NCBI RefSeq assembly: GCF_009914755.1
Contig: NC_060925.1
Strand: one strand, 5' to 3'
Origin: the human T2T-CHM13v2.0 reference genome, Homo sapiens
DNA: 64,000 bases
The notes beneath the pieces are model-generated. The model did no database searches and was not told where the DNA came from. It worked only from the letters and a program-made list of their open reading frames with translations. Positions 41,283 to 57,279 of this stretch are shown in pieces; position 1 is the stretch's first letter, and each line of letters begins with the position of its first letter. A program made the translations under genes and the position numbers.

Positions 41283-41731
41283 TTGCGGCACTATTCACAA
41301 TAGCAAAGACTTGGAACCAACCCAAATGTCCAACAATGATAGACTGGATTAAGAAAATGTGGCACATATACACCATGGAATACTATGCAGCCATAAAAAA
41401 TGATGAGTTCATGTCCTTTGTAGGGACATGGATGAAATTGGAAATCATTATTCTCAGTAAACTATCGCAAGGACAAAAAACCAAACACCACATGTTCTCA
41501 CTCATAGATGGGAATTGAACAATGAGAACACATGGACACAGCAAGGGGAACATCACACTCTGGGGACTATTGTGGGGTGGGGAAGGGGGGAGGGATAGCA
41601 TTAGGAGATATACCTAATGCTAAATGACGAGTTAATGGGTGCAGCACACCAGCATGGCACATGTATATATATGTAACTAACCTGCACATTGTGCACATGT
41701 ACCCTAAAACTTAAAGTATAATAATAAAAAA
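41283..41731 (+). mobile_element. 5'-truncated younger L1 (L1PA3-like) nested in ORF1
   Basis: ORF2 tail, 3'UTR and polyA (aaattggaaatc, gctaaatgacgag, cctgcacattgtgc, taccctaaaac) inserted between ORF1 ...caacattctt and aaagaaaagaattttc. Confidence 0.92.
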
Positions 41732-42783
41732 AAAGAAAAGAATTTTCAACCTAGAATTTCATATGGAGCCAAACTAAGCTTCACAAGTGAAGGAGAAATA
41801 AAATCCTTTACAGACAAGCAATGCTGAGAGATTTTGTCACCACCAGGCCTGCCTTATAAGAGCTCCTGAAGGAAGCACTAAACATGGAAAGGAAAAACTG
41901 GTACCAGCCACTGTAAAAACATGCCAAATTGTAAAGACCATCGGCACTATGAAGAAACTGCATCAACTAACAGGCAAAATAACCAGCTAGCATCATAATG
42001 ATGGGATCAAATTCACACATGACAATATTAACCTTAAATGTAAATGGGCTAAATGCACCAATTAAAAGACACAGACTGGCAAATTGGATAAAGAGTCAAG
42101 GCCCATCAGTGTGCTGTATTCAGGAACCCCATCTCACAGGCAAAGACACATGTAGGCTCAAAATAAAGGGATGGAGGAATATTTACCAAGCAAATGACAA
42201 ACATAAAAAAGCAGGGGTTGCAATCCTAGTCTCTGATAAAACAGACTTTAAACCAACAAAGATCAAAAGAGACAAAGAAGGGCATTACATAATGGTAAAG
42301 GGATCAATGCAACAAGAAGAACTAACTATCCTAAATATATATGCACCCAATACAGGAACACCCAGATTCATAAAGCGAGTTCTTAGAGACCTAAAAAGAG
42401 ACTTAGACTCCCACACAATACTAGTGGGAGACTTTAACACCCCACTGTCAATATTAGACAGATCAACAAGACAGAAAATTAACAAGGATATTAAGGACTT
42501 GAACTCAGCCCTGGACCAACAGACCTGATAGACATCTACAGAACTCTCCACCCCAAATCAACAGAATATACATTCTTCTCAGCACCACATTGCACTGATT
42601 CTAAAATTGACCACATAACTGGAAGTAAAACACTCCTCACCAAATGCAAAAGAACAGAAATCATAAGAGTCTCTCAGACCACAGTGCAATCAAATTAGAA
42701 GTCAGGATTAAGAAACTCACTCAAAAATGCACAGCTACATGGAAACTGAACAACCTGCTCCTGAATGACTACTGGGTAAATAA

Positions 42784-43044
<261 letters not shown>

Positions 43045-43424
43045 TGAAAAACCCTTCAAAAAATCAATGAATCCAGGGGTTTGTTTTTTGAAAAGATCAA
43101 CCAAATAGATAGACCACTAGCCAGACTAATAAAGAAGAAAAGAGAGAAGAATCAAGTAGACACAATAAAAAATGATAAAGGGGAGATCACCACTGATCCC
43201 ACAGAAATACAAACTACCATCAGAGAATACTATAAACACCTCTATGCAAATAAACCAGAAAATCTAGAAGAAATGGATAAATTCCTGGACACATACACCC
43301 TCCCAAGTCTAAACCAGGAAGAAGTTGAATCCCTGAATAGACCAATAGCAAGTTCTGAAATTGAGGCAGTAATTAATAGCCTACCAACCAAAAAAGTCCA
43401 GGACCAAACGGATTCACAGCCTAA

Positions 43425-43634
<210 letters not shown>

Positions 43635-46281
43635 TGAATCCAGCAGCACATCAAAAAGCTTATCCAACCACCATCAAGTTGGCTTCATCTCTGGGATGCA
43701 AGGCTGGTTCAACATACGCAAATCAATAAACATAATCCATCACATAAACAGAACCAATGACAAAAACCACATGATTATCTCAATAGATGCAGAAAAGGCC
43801 TTTGATAAAATTCAACACTCCTTCATGCTAAAAACTCTCAATAAACTAGGTATTGAGGGAACGTATCTCAAAATAATGTGAACTATTTATGACAAACCCA
43901 CAGCCAATACCATACTGAATGGCAAAAAGCTGGAAGCATTCCCTTTGAAAACTGGCACAAGACAAGGATGCCCTCTCTCACCACTCCTATTCAACATAGT
44001 ATTGGAAGTTCTGTCCACGGCAATCAGGCAAGAGAAAGAAATAAATGGTATTCACATAGGAAGAGAGAAAGTCAGATTGCCTCTGTTTGCAGATGACATG
44101 ATTGTATATTTAGAAAACCCCACTGTCTCAGCTCAAAACCTCCTTAAGCTGATAAGCAACTTCAGCAAAGTCTCAGGATACAAAAATCAATGTGCCAAAA
44201 TCACAAGCATTCCTATACACCAATAGTAGACAAAGAACCAAATCATGAGCGAACTCCCATTCACAATTGCTACAAAAAGAATAAAACACCTAGGAATACA
44301 ACTTACAAGGGATATGAAGGACCTCTTCAAGAAGAACTGCAAACCACTGCTCAAGGAAATAAGAGAGGACACAAACAAATGGAAAAACATTCCATGCTCA
44401 TGGATAGGAAGAATCAATATCATGAAAATGGCCATACTGCCCAAAGTGATTTACAGATTCAATGCTATCCCCATCAAGCTAACATTGACTTTCTTCACAG
44501 AATTAGAAAAAACTACTTTAAATTTCATATGGAACCAAAAAAAGAGCCTGTATAGCTAAGACAATCCTAAGCCAAAAGAACAAAACTGGAGGCATCACGC
44601 TACCTGACTTCAAACTATACTACAAGGCTACAGCAACCAAAACAGCATGGTACTGGTACTGGTACCACAGCAGATATATACACCAATGGAACAGAACAGA
44701 GACATCAGAAGTAACACCACACATCTACAACCATCTGATCTTTGACAAACCTAACAAAAACAAGCCATGGGGAAAGGATTTCCTATTTAATAAATGATGT
44801 TGGGAAAAGTGGCTAGCTATATGCAGAAAACTGAAACTGGACCCCTTTTCTTACAGCTTATACAAAAATTAACACAAGATGGATTAAAGACTTAAACATA
44901 AGATTTAAACCATAAAAACCCTAGAAGAAAACCTAGGCAATACCATTCAGGACATAGGCATGGCCAAAGACTTCATGACTAAAACACCAAAAGCAATGGC
45001 AACAAAAGCCAAAATTGACAAACGGAATCTAATTAAACTAAAGAGCTTCTGCACAGCAAAAGAAACTATCATCAGAGCGAACAGGCGACCTACAGAATGA
45101 GAGAGAAACTCTGAAATCTATCCATCTGACAAAGGGCTAATATCCAGAATCTACAAAGAACTGAAACAATCTTACAAGAAAAAAACAACCCCATTAAAAA
45201 GTGGGCAAACGATATGAACAGACATTTCTCAAAAGACATTTATGCAGCCAACAAACATATAAAAAAAGCTCATCATCACTGGTCATTAGAGAAATGAAAA
45301 TCAAAACCACAATGAGATACCTCCAATGCCAGTTAGAATGGTGATCATTAAAAAGTCAGGAAACAACGATGCTGGAGAGGATGTGGAGAAATAAAAACAC
45401 TTTTACACTGTTGGTGGGAGTGTAAACTAGTTCAACCGCTGTCGAAGACAGTGTGGTGATTCCTCAAGGATCTAGAACTAGAAATACCATTTGACCTAGC
45501 AATCCTATTACTGGGTTTATACCCAAAGGATTATAAATCATTCTACTATAAAGACACATGCACACATATGATTATTGCAGCACTGTTCACAATAGCAAAG
45601 ACTTGGAACCAACCCAAATGCCCATCAGTGACAGACTGGATAAAGAAAATGTGGCACATATACACCATGGAATACTATGCAGCCATAAAAATGAATGAGT
45701 TCATGTCCTTTGCAGGGACATGGATGAAGCTGGAAACCATCATTCTCAGCAAACTAACACAAGAACAGAAAACCAAACACCACATGTTCTCACTCATAGG
45801 TGGGAGTTGAACAATGAGAACACACAGACACAAGGAGGGGAACACACACTGGGAGCCTGTTGGGGGTTAGGGGGATAGGGGAGGGATAGCATTAGGAAAA
45901 ATACCTAATGTAGATGATGTGTTGATGGGTGTAGCAAACCACCATAGCACGTGTATACCTATGTAACCAACCTGCACGTTCTGCACATGTATCCCAGAAC
46001 TTAAAGTATAATAAAAATAAATAAATATTTTTAAAAGTATAAAAATTAGCCGGGCGTGGTGGCACGTGCCTGTAGTCCCAGCTTTGTGTTAGAAACATTC
46101 CAATTTCACTCTTTTAGTTACTCTGAAATATGTAATAAATGATTGTTAACTATAGTCACTATTATGCTATGAACACTAGATATTATTCCTTCTAGCTGTA
46201 TATTTGTACCCATTAGCCAATCCCTCTTTATCCCTCCTCCCCACCACACTTTCCAGACTCTGGTAACCATCATTCTACTCT

Positions 46282-46589
46282 TTCTTTTCTTTTTTTTTTT
46301 TTTTTTAATACAGGGTCTCACTCTGTTGCCTAAGTTGGAGTACAGTGGCATGATCTTGGCTCACTGTAGTCTCAACCTCTCGGGCTCCAGTGATCCTCCC
46401 ACCTCACCCTCCTGAGTAGCTGGGACTACAGGCACACACCACCTCACTGGCTAATTTTTTTATATTTTTTGTAGAGATGGGGTTTCACCATGTTACCCAG
46501 GCTGGTCTTAAACTCCTGGGCTCAAGCAATCTGCCTGCCTTGGCCTCCCAAAGTGCTGGGATTATAAGCGTGCACCACCGTGCCTGGCC
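46282..46589 (-). mobile_element. AluJ-like element inside L1MA
   Basis: Reverse dimer flanked by tctactc. Confidence 0.92.
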
Positions 46590-46952
46590 TCTACTCCCTA
46601 TCTCTATGAGTTTATTTTTAGCTTTCTGTGTCTGGCTCATTTCACTTAACGTCATGTCCTACAGTTCCACCCATGTTGTTACAAATGACAGGACTTCATT
46701 CCTTTTATGGCTGAATAATATTCCATTGTGTATATGTATCACATTTTCTTTATCCATTCATCCATTGATGGACACTCAGGTTGATTCCATATCTTGGCTA
46801 TTAAGAATAGTGCTGCAATAAACATGGGAGTACAGATATCTTCTGTTTGATATACTGATTTCCTTTATTTCGGATATACATCCAACGCTGGGATTGATGG
46901 ATCATGTGGTAGTTCTATTTTTAGTTTTTTGAGGAATCATCATATCATACTA

Positions 46953-47243
<291 letters not shown>

Positions 47244-49331
47244 GTCATACTGTGTTCTATAGTAGCTGTACTACTTTACATTCTCACTAACAGTGTATGA
47301 GGGTTCCCCTTTCCCCACAACCTCTCCAGCATTTGTTATTGCCTGTTTTTTTGGAGGAAAGCCCTTTAAACTGGAGTAAGATGATATCCCATTGTAGTTT
47401 TAATTTGCATTATTTTGATGACTAGTGGAGAATTTTTTCATATACCTGTTAGCCATTTGTATGTCTTCTTTTCAGAAATGTCTATTCAGCTGTTTTGCCC
47501 ATTTTTAATAGGATTGTTTGTTTGCTATTATTTGACCTCCTAACATTCTAGTTATTAATCTCTCATCAGATGGGTAGTTTGCAAATCGTTGTTTCCTTTG
47601 ATACGAAGAACCATTTTAGCTTGATGCAATCCCATTTGTCCATTTTTGTTTTGGTTTCCTCTGCTTTTTAGGTCTTACTCAAAATCTTTGCCAGACTAAT
47701 GCCCTGGAGTGTTTCCCAATGTTTTCTTCTAGTAGTTTCATAGTCTCAGGTTTTAAGGTTAAGTCTTTAATCCATTTGGAGTTGATTTTTGTATATGGCA
47801 AGAGATAGGAGTCTAGTTTCATTCTTCTGTATGTGGATATCCAGTTCTGTTAGCACCTCTTACTGAAGAGTCTGTCCCTTCCCCAGTGTAGGTCCTTGAC
47901 ACCTTTGTCAAAAATGAGTTGACCGTAAATGCATGATTTATTTCCGGATTCCCTATTCTGTTCGTCTGTCTCATTTTATGCCAGTACTGTGCGGTTTTGG
48001 TTATTCTTGCTTTGTACTATAATTTGAAATCAGGTAATGTGATGCCTCCAGCTTTGTTCTTTTTGCTCAAGAGTACTTAAATGGCTATCAGTATTTACTT
48101 CTGGGTGGTAGGATTCTGTTTAATTTTATTTTTACTATCTATGATTTTTTTTCAAATTTTTACTTCAAGCAATTTTATTTTATACTTAGAAAAGTCTAAC
48201 TTTACTTAATAAAGGAATAAAGGAAATAAAAAAGGTAGGTTGTGGGTCCTATTGTAATCTATCATTAGACAAACAATTACTGAACATCTATAAGTATTAG
48301 GAACTGTTCTAAGTGCCCAGGATACATAGGTCTCTGCCTCATTGATTTTACATTCCAATTTGTGTGTGGGAGTATTAGACAATAACTAATAACTGTAATA
48401 AATAAGTTAATGATTTAATATATTAGAGGGTGATATTTGCTATGGGAAAAAAAAACTGAGCTGGGTAAAGAAGAAAGAGAATGTGATATAGGGGGATCAG
48501 AGCACTGCAGCTTATAATTGTAACTAGGGTGGTCAGGGCAGACCTTATTGAAACATAGGATATGGACATGTAGATGAGGTCTTGGGGATACTGGCGCATA
48601 TCTGGTGAAAGACCCCCAAAGACAGAGCCATGCCCATACTTAAGAGCCAGCAAGGAGGCCAGCCAGGTGAAAAAGGTGTTGAGCAGGAAGAGCCCAGCAG
48701 GAATCTCAGGAGGTTTGTTGATTTTTTGACACAGGTGTCTGTAACATACAGGAGCCTGCCAAGAGTCCCCAAGCCTGTTGACCACTACCCACTGTCACTG
48801 ACCCTTATGGAGAGAGACAATACAGCACAAAGAAATTTGGGGGTGTATCTCAGATGGCTGTGAAATCAAAAACAAAATGCCAAACAGCCATCCACTTACG
48901 ATCCACTGAGGGTCATTTTATCTCATATTCCAGTTGAAAGTAACGACCTTAATACTGAAAGGGAAGTGCGCACTTCATAAACAAGTTGAAAAACAGGTTT
49001 GATTTTCCTGGACCATGGCTTACAATAATAGAGAAATGGGTTCTTGCCAAGAGACAGAACAGGAAGAGAGAGTTTGACAGGAGGTTCATTAACTGATCAA
49101 GAGGGCTTTACATTAACATTTGATGAGGAGAGAGGAAAAGATTTAGATAAAACTAATAGCTAGTTATGATGGAGAATCTTGGGTGTTGAAACAGAAAGAA
49201 TAACAATAATGGTGAATGTCTCCAGCTGATCGCTGGAGAAAATAAGAAAGGTTTGGTAGCAAAACATGATTTCAGATATGGGCTAAGCATGGATAAAGAA
49301 ATGAATGTGATACTTCATGTAAAAATAAAAG

Positions 49332-49968
<637 letters not shown>

Positions 49969-50269
49969 CAATAGCTTACACTTATTGAGCACTTAACATG
50001 TTTGATCACAGTAATAAATACTTTAAATAATTATAAAAGCTAACATTTATTGAGTACTCACTATGTGCAGAGAATTACCTTTTTTAATCCTCCCAATTCT
50101 ATGAAACTATCCACATTTTACAGATGAGGAAACCGAGGGTTAAAGAGGTTACATAGCTAGTGATAAAGAACCCAAAAGCCCAACCTAGATTTATCTGACT
50201 CCAACGCTCACTTCTTAACTAGGCATCTTGAGAGCGGTGAAGGGTAGCCATGCTGTTTTAAAGACCATA

Positions 50270-50321
50270 TATTAGGTTGATGCAAAAGTAATTGCGGGGT
50301 TTTTTTTGCACCAGCCTAGTA
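50270..50321. mobile_element. Internally deleted MADE1
   Basis: tattaggttgatgcaaaagtaattgc...ttttgcaccagcctagta. Confidence 0.8.
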
Positions 50322-50329
50322 GTTAAGAA

Positions 50330-51320
50330 AGAGAATTCCAGGAAGTACTAGTCACATATTCAACTTTAGAAAAGTGGATTTCATAAAAAATAAACCAAAA
50401 ATGAATGATCCTGTGGCCAATAACTCCAAAAGATAAGATATCTCAAGGGGCTTAGAAGATTGTAAAAATTAATGTTTTGTTAATATAAACATAAATAATT
50501 CAATCTTCTTTGTGTGTATGTGTGTGTGTACATGCAGAAAATAATATGGAGAAATTAACAATTTGGCTGTCCAGGGCACTCGGATTTTAAAAGAAAGCAC
50601 AAGAGATACAACAAAGACCTCCAAATAACGGTTTCAGAAAAAGCTGAGATTTGTAAAAATCCTAAGGACAACAAAGATAATTGTTTCGGTTGTGTTCAGA
50701 GCAGGAAGTCTAAGAAAAAGGCCAGGCTAAGTGCTTGAGGCAGATGGTGTAATATTACAAACAGGCACCACAATGCTAGAAACCAGCTGGAGATCATTAA
50801 GAGCAATTGCCATCAAGCCTCTATTTTCTTTTTTGATGGAATTACCAAACAGGTAATGTAGCATAGCTGGATCTGAGCAAAACATTTTTCCCAAGCTCTC
50901 ACAGTAGTCTCATGGGCAAGATGTGGGAACACAGGTGGCTTCCTAACTCACTAAGCAGCTAAGCCCAAAGAGGCTTAAGTGTACTATGCTAGACTGAAGG
51001 CGAGTTGTGCCTGTGTCCTGTCCTCTTCAATACTTGCATATCAAATTTGTTCTGAGAGTGCATGTTATCACTCACAGATGACACAAAACTGGGAGAGGTG
51101 CCTAATGTGTTAAGTGACAGACTCAAGTGGCAGAAGTATCTGGCAGGCTGAAGCTAGCAAGACAAAATTTGATGCATATTTATGTAAATGTCAGTATTCA
51201 CCTGAAAAGAACCTGGGAATATTAACTCACAGAAAAACAAGGAATCAAGGACAGGGCCTGCCAAAGGGTCTTTGCAGTCTTTAGCTGTATTCATACAAGT
51301 ATGGTATCCAAATTAAGGAA
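50330..51320 (+). mobile_element. L3/CR1 LINE ORF2 fragment
   Basis: gtcctcttcaata (VLFN) and gatgacacaaaactggga (DDTKLG), CR1-type reverse transcriptase motifs. Confidence 0.7.
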
Positions 51321-51324
51321 GAAC

Positions 51325-51960
<636 letters not shown>

Positions 51961-53036
51961 ATTTTTTTTGTAAATTGGGAGCGTGGGTGGAGGATACAGG
52001 TAGGGGAGTAGGAGGAGAGTGAATAATCTAGATAAGCTTCCCATGAAACATTCATCCTAAAGAAGAAAGCAGGCACGGTACCATCGACCTCTCAGACTGA
52101 AGCATCCAAGGCAGCAGGAACTGTGCCCATCTTCTTCGTCACTGGATTGCGAGTGCTTCAAACTACACTGATGTATCGGGGATTAAGACAAGAGTTCCTC
52201 TCTACCCAAATAGTAGCATTAAGAGATTAAGGAACAATGAGTTGTCCCACTCTGCTTGATTCCTCAGTTTTGAGCAACAAAGAATTCATCCAAAATATGC
52301 ACTTGACTCCATTTGGTTCCTGAGTTGACTAAGAAACTGACAGAGACTGAGAGGGTAGGAATAAAGCCCCAGAGGAAAGATACTGAGTGGAACTTTACAG
52401 AATTGCATGGCTGTTAAATGCATCCATCCCAAGCCCTCCCCCTGGAGAGATAAAAACTGACCTAGGTGTCTGAGTTAACCTCTCTCACATTGGAATCATG
52501 TTAACACTGCTCTGGGAGCCTCTAACAAAGTGTAATTCCATGAAGAGAGAGCCACTCTCTCCTGTTCTGCCATAGACCACCAAATAACCTTGACATCCCG
52601 GGGAATGGAAGTGAATGCTACCAGAAAAAGGGTGGGGCCTGTGGCTACAGGAAAGAGGACTGCTCTAGGGAGGTGATGGCCACATAGTGGGGTCTGGGCA
52701 GTGATCCAGGGCAGTATGACATTCATCAGGGCCCCAGAACCAGGGAAGCCATCGGAAGGGAAACTTATTCCTGAGCACACACGTGAAATACCTCTTGGGG
52801 ACTCCGAGGACCAATCAAGAGGGAATTTGCAGGAGACTGAGCAGGCAGAAACCAGAATCAGGTAATTGGGACATTAGAGTTTTTTTTTAAATTGATGTTG
52901 CTATATACAATATTGCTCCTAATTTTCACTGGAGATTTAGATTTGGGATCAGAAGACCCCAACCCCAAGCTTCAGGCTTTTTGTCTTTTACACTGGCATG
53001 GTAATGTCTGCTCTGCCTACTTCGCAAGGCTGTTAC

Positions 53037-53207
53037 TTTTTTTTTTTTTTTTTTTTTTTAAGATACAGGGTCCTGCCGTGTTGCCCAGGCTGGAGTGCAG
53101 TGGCTATTCATAGCACACCACAGCCTAGAACTTCTGGGCTCAAATGATCTTCCTACTTCAGCCTCCCAAGTAGCTGGGACTTTAGGAGCATGTCACAGCA
53201 CCCAGCT
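53037..53207 (-). mobile_element. Alu right-arm monomer inside a MIR
   Basis: Flanked by ct(g/a)ttacttt. Confidence 0.8.
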
Positions 53208-53644
53208 TTAGACTATTACTTTGAGAATTACATGAAATAATATAGGTGAGAAAGCTTTTGAAATCAGCAAATACTATTTGAATGTGATTTTTGATATCAT
53301 TATCTTACAAATGCTTCATTATCTCCACTGTTACTTCCCTCCTATCATCTTTTCTTCTGAAGGCTTAATAATTTCTAAGCCCCCTTTTTGTGCCCTCTAT
53401 AAAACACTGTGGTATTTGAGGTCCTGTGTGTCCTGAAACTATTTTGAGGTGCACATATGTGGTGGTCTTTACCTTTCTGAAATCATTTAACAGTTGTCCT
53501 GGGACCAGAATCTTCTGCAATTCCTTGGCCCCATGCCCAGGGCTCTGCTAAGGGTCTGAACATGGGCATGGGGCTAAATGTGGAGAGAGGAGCCAGTTAC
53601 CCAGGGGCTAGAAATTAGAAAATGTGCTCAAGGTTTAGGCTCCT

Positions 53645-54017
53645 TGTATTAGTCCGTTTTATAACTGCTATAAAGAGCTGTCCAAGACTGGGTAATTTAT
53701 AAAGAAAAGAGGTTTAACAGACTCACAGTTCAGCATGGCTCGGGAGGCCTCACAGAAAACATGCAATCATAGCGGAAGACGAAGGAGAAGAAATGTACCT
53801 TCTTCACCAGACTGCAGAAAGGAGAGCAATGGAGGAAGATCCCCTTATAAAACCATCAGATCTCGTGAGAACTCACTCACTATCACGAGAACAACATGGG
53901 GGAAACCACCCATATGATTCAATTACCTCCACCTGGTCTCTCCCTTGACACCTGGGGATTATGGGAATTCTAATTCAAGCTGAGATTTGGGTGGGTACAT
54001 AAAACCTAACCACATCA
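53645..54017 (-). mobile_element. THE1-type solo LTR
   Basis: tgtattagtccgtttt...cctaaccacatca; perfect 5-bp TSD ctcct (53640-53644 / 54018-54022). Confidence 0.93.
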
Positions 54018-54721
54018 CTCCTGATGGTCCAATTCATAAAATTTTACAAGACCATTACCTGGAAATTAGGGGGTGGTAGCAAACCCTGAAAATGAGGGAG
54101 CTGAGAGGCAAGAAATCAGAGGCCCTACATCTGGAACCACCTCCTCCACAGGACCCTGCTTCTACTTCCAGAGCTGATGCCACAGGTTGGGACTTCCTGC
54201 TCCAGGTTCCAGCCAGGGAAACAGAGCCAGCTCCTCACACATGCTTCAGGTAGGCAGAGGAAGAGCAAAAAAGAGACCCCCATACCTTTTATTCCAGCAG
54301 CTCTGGGGAAAGGTTTACTTTCAAGGAAAATAGGGAAATGCACTAATTCAGAGTCATCAATTAACTCCGTCACTTACAAGATGTGGGACTCTGGCTTCAA
54401 CCTACTCCTCTGAAACAGGAATAGTGTGCCTATTCAAAATATCTTGCAGGCAGCAGATCAAACAATCGGTTGTATCTTTTTTTAAAAAATCAGTTGAGAG
54501 TTAAAAAACAAAACAACTAAAAATTGTTTTGTAAATTTCAAGCATACAAATGCAAAGGATATGTATTTCCTATAGCCTAGGATCTCCAGGTCCCTAATAA
54601 GGGAGGCCAGCTATGATTGTTTGCTGGGATGCATGTTTCATTTAGAGATGCAGCTGAATAAGTCTTGGTTTTTTTTTGGTTTGTTTGTTTGTTTGTTTTT
54701 TCAGTATTAAAAGACCTTTCA

Positions 54722-55030
54722 GGCCAGGCGTGGTGGCTCAAACCTGTAATCCCAGCACTTTGGGAGCCCGAGGCAGGTGGATCATGATGTCAGGGGTTCA
54801 AGACTAGCCTGGCCAAGATGGTGAAACCCCGTCTCTACTAAAAATACAGAAATTAGTTGGGCATGGTGGTGGGCGCCTGTAATCCCAGCAACTCGGGAGG
54901 CTGAGGCAGGCAATTGCTTGAACCCGGGAAGCAGAGGTTGCACTGAACCGAGATCGTGCCACTGCACTCCAGCCTGGGTGACAGAGCAAGACTCCTTCTC
55001 AAAACAAACAAACAAACAAACAAACAAAAA
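54722..55030 (+). mobile_element. AluS (Sg-like) with (AAAC)n tail
   Basis: Flanked by acctttca on both sides. Confidence 0.94.
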
Positions 55031-57279
55031 ACCTTTCAGAAACACATTGGTACTCCTAAGCTTTTACATATGTTCATAAGCCTTTAAATTAGGGTGGAGG
55101 AAAAATTATCTCAATTCCTGAAAAGATAGACATTAAAAGGAACCACCAAATAAAGGCAAACCCATTTTCCAGGTGCTAGAAAAGGGTGAGGAGTGGTACA
55201 ATCTATGCAAGGCCAGGTGTGTGAGAAAACCATGGTACCTGAAAGCCTGGGTAAAAGAGCTGAGAATAGGATACAAAGGGTTCAGCCCCCCAGGTAGCCA
55301 AATGCCGCTGCAGGCTAGGGCTCCCTCCCTCCCTCCCTCCCTCCCTGCTTCGCTTTCTCCCTCCCTCTCTCCTTTTTCCCTTTCTTTCTTCCTTCTGTGG
55401 AGTTCCTAAATCATGGTTTCTTGAGAAACAGGATATTGGAGCTTCAAGGCAGAGGTCCCCAACATCTTAAGGAGCCTGGAGGTCATGATTCCTTGCCAAG
55501 GTGGGAATCACACTCCATCTTGGACTTCCGAGGCTAGGCAGAGTTAGGCATTTTCTCATCTGGGCTCCATAGGCCTGGGCCCACAGTTTTTTTCAGCATC
55601 TCTCTCACTGCACTGTAGCCATTTATTCACCAGAATGCATCCTTCCTGACCTGCGAGCTCTTCCAGAGCATGAACAGAGGAGTATAATGGTTTGGCACCC
55701 CGCCTTTGGTGCCAGAGAAACCTAGGTTCACACTCTGATTAGACCCTTCAGGGGCTGTGTGATTTTTCTGGGAGAATGAAATTAGATACCATCTATAAAA
55801 ATCTGGACTTATGGTATAACCAATATGTGGCAGCTGCTATTACTTTAACTTGTTCTTCTGTATACAAATAATAATAGCTTTATCTGTTAGGATTCAGTGC
55901 AGGAAACAGAAATTGCTTCACTTACATTGAGTAGGAAGGGATTTAGTCAAGGGATAATGTGCTTGCAAAACGGTTAGAAGGGCTGAAGGAGCAGGTTCTA
56001 GGCTGGGGCTCACAAAGCAGTATAGAAATTAACCACCACCTCTAGGGCACCTCTGGAGCTGTGCTGGAATCCAGAAGTGACTGCTGCCTCTGCTACAATT
56101 CCTGCCTCTCGATACCCAAGAAGCTGGAGAATGGACTCTGGAACTCTGATGCAGAAAAACCTCCTATTTCCCCAGCTTTGCTGGCCAGCAAAATGGCTAC
56201 AAAGGGGTGCAGCTTCTGCTTTGCACATCTTGCACTGAGTGCCTCTACTTGGCAGAAGACAGCTTGCTTCTAGAACCCCGACTGCAAAGGAGCCTTGGAA
56301 TCATGGTGCTCAGCTTTCCAACTTCACCCAGCAAGAGGCAGGAATGAAGGTTGAGTGACCATCCACACCACAGCTGGCACTTTCAGCTGTCATTGGCCTC
56401 ACAGCACCACAGTTAGGTAAGTGCCCATTTCACAAATGAGGAAGCAGAGCCTTCAGGAAGTTACCTTGTCTGCCCCGGGTCACAGAGGAAGGGGTGAAGA
56501 AGCAATGTAAACAGGTTCTATCTTAATCAAAGTCTATGCCCTTAACTACCATTTTTTCTAATCCTCCCTGCATCTTGAATGCCTAACTCTGCATGTGGCC
56601 ACACCTACTGAATGAATGTTAGAGTTCATTCATCATGAGTTTAAACAGAAAATTACACCAACTTAGAATGCTGTGGCCTAGAGAAAGTGTCTTTACCTCC
56701 TGAGTGCGACCCAAGTCAGGAGGCAGGAGGCTGACTGAGGGACACGGAGGAGGTATGCACACTCACAGCATGAGGCAGAGCTGTGTGCACACATCAAGCA
56801 AGGAAATGGGGCCGGAATATGGGGCAAAGGCCTACGGATTGAATGGTGGATTTGGATGTGGGCCACTTCTTCCAGCCCCTGAAAGAGGACCAGGCAATGT
56901 GGCTATGAATGGGCCTAATGAGAATTGATTGATTCGCTCGAGATGTTTTCTTTTTCTTCCTAAAATAGAAAATGACATACCCCATGATTCATGCACTCCG
57001 GTGCCCGTGATAATGGCCTCTTCAGTGCACTGACTCTGCTGATAACCACAGGCACTCATCCTCCGCAGAGGGGTTGTGTGCCACACCCTAGGCACATAGC
57101 AACCCTGCAGGCTGTCAGACACCTGCCGCAGAGAGTGCTTTCCACACGCTCTCTGGGACATGAGGCACAGTTCCCAGGAGTGCCTGAGAAATCTCAGTTG
57201 CCTGGCATAGATGCTAAGGCCTGAGAGAAGAGCCCAGAGTCTAGGCCTGAGGGGCTGCAGTCTGCACACAGGAGTTAAC

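Noticed and set aside
41258-41518. 86-aa chimeric ORF
   Set aside because: Junction of the host L1 ORF1 region and the nested L1 ORF2 tail; non-ATG start
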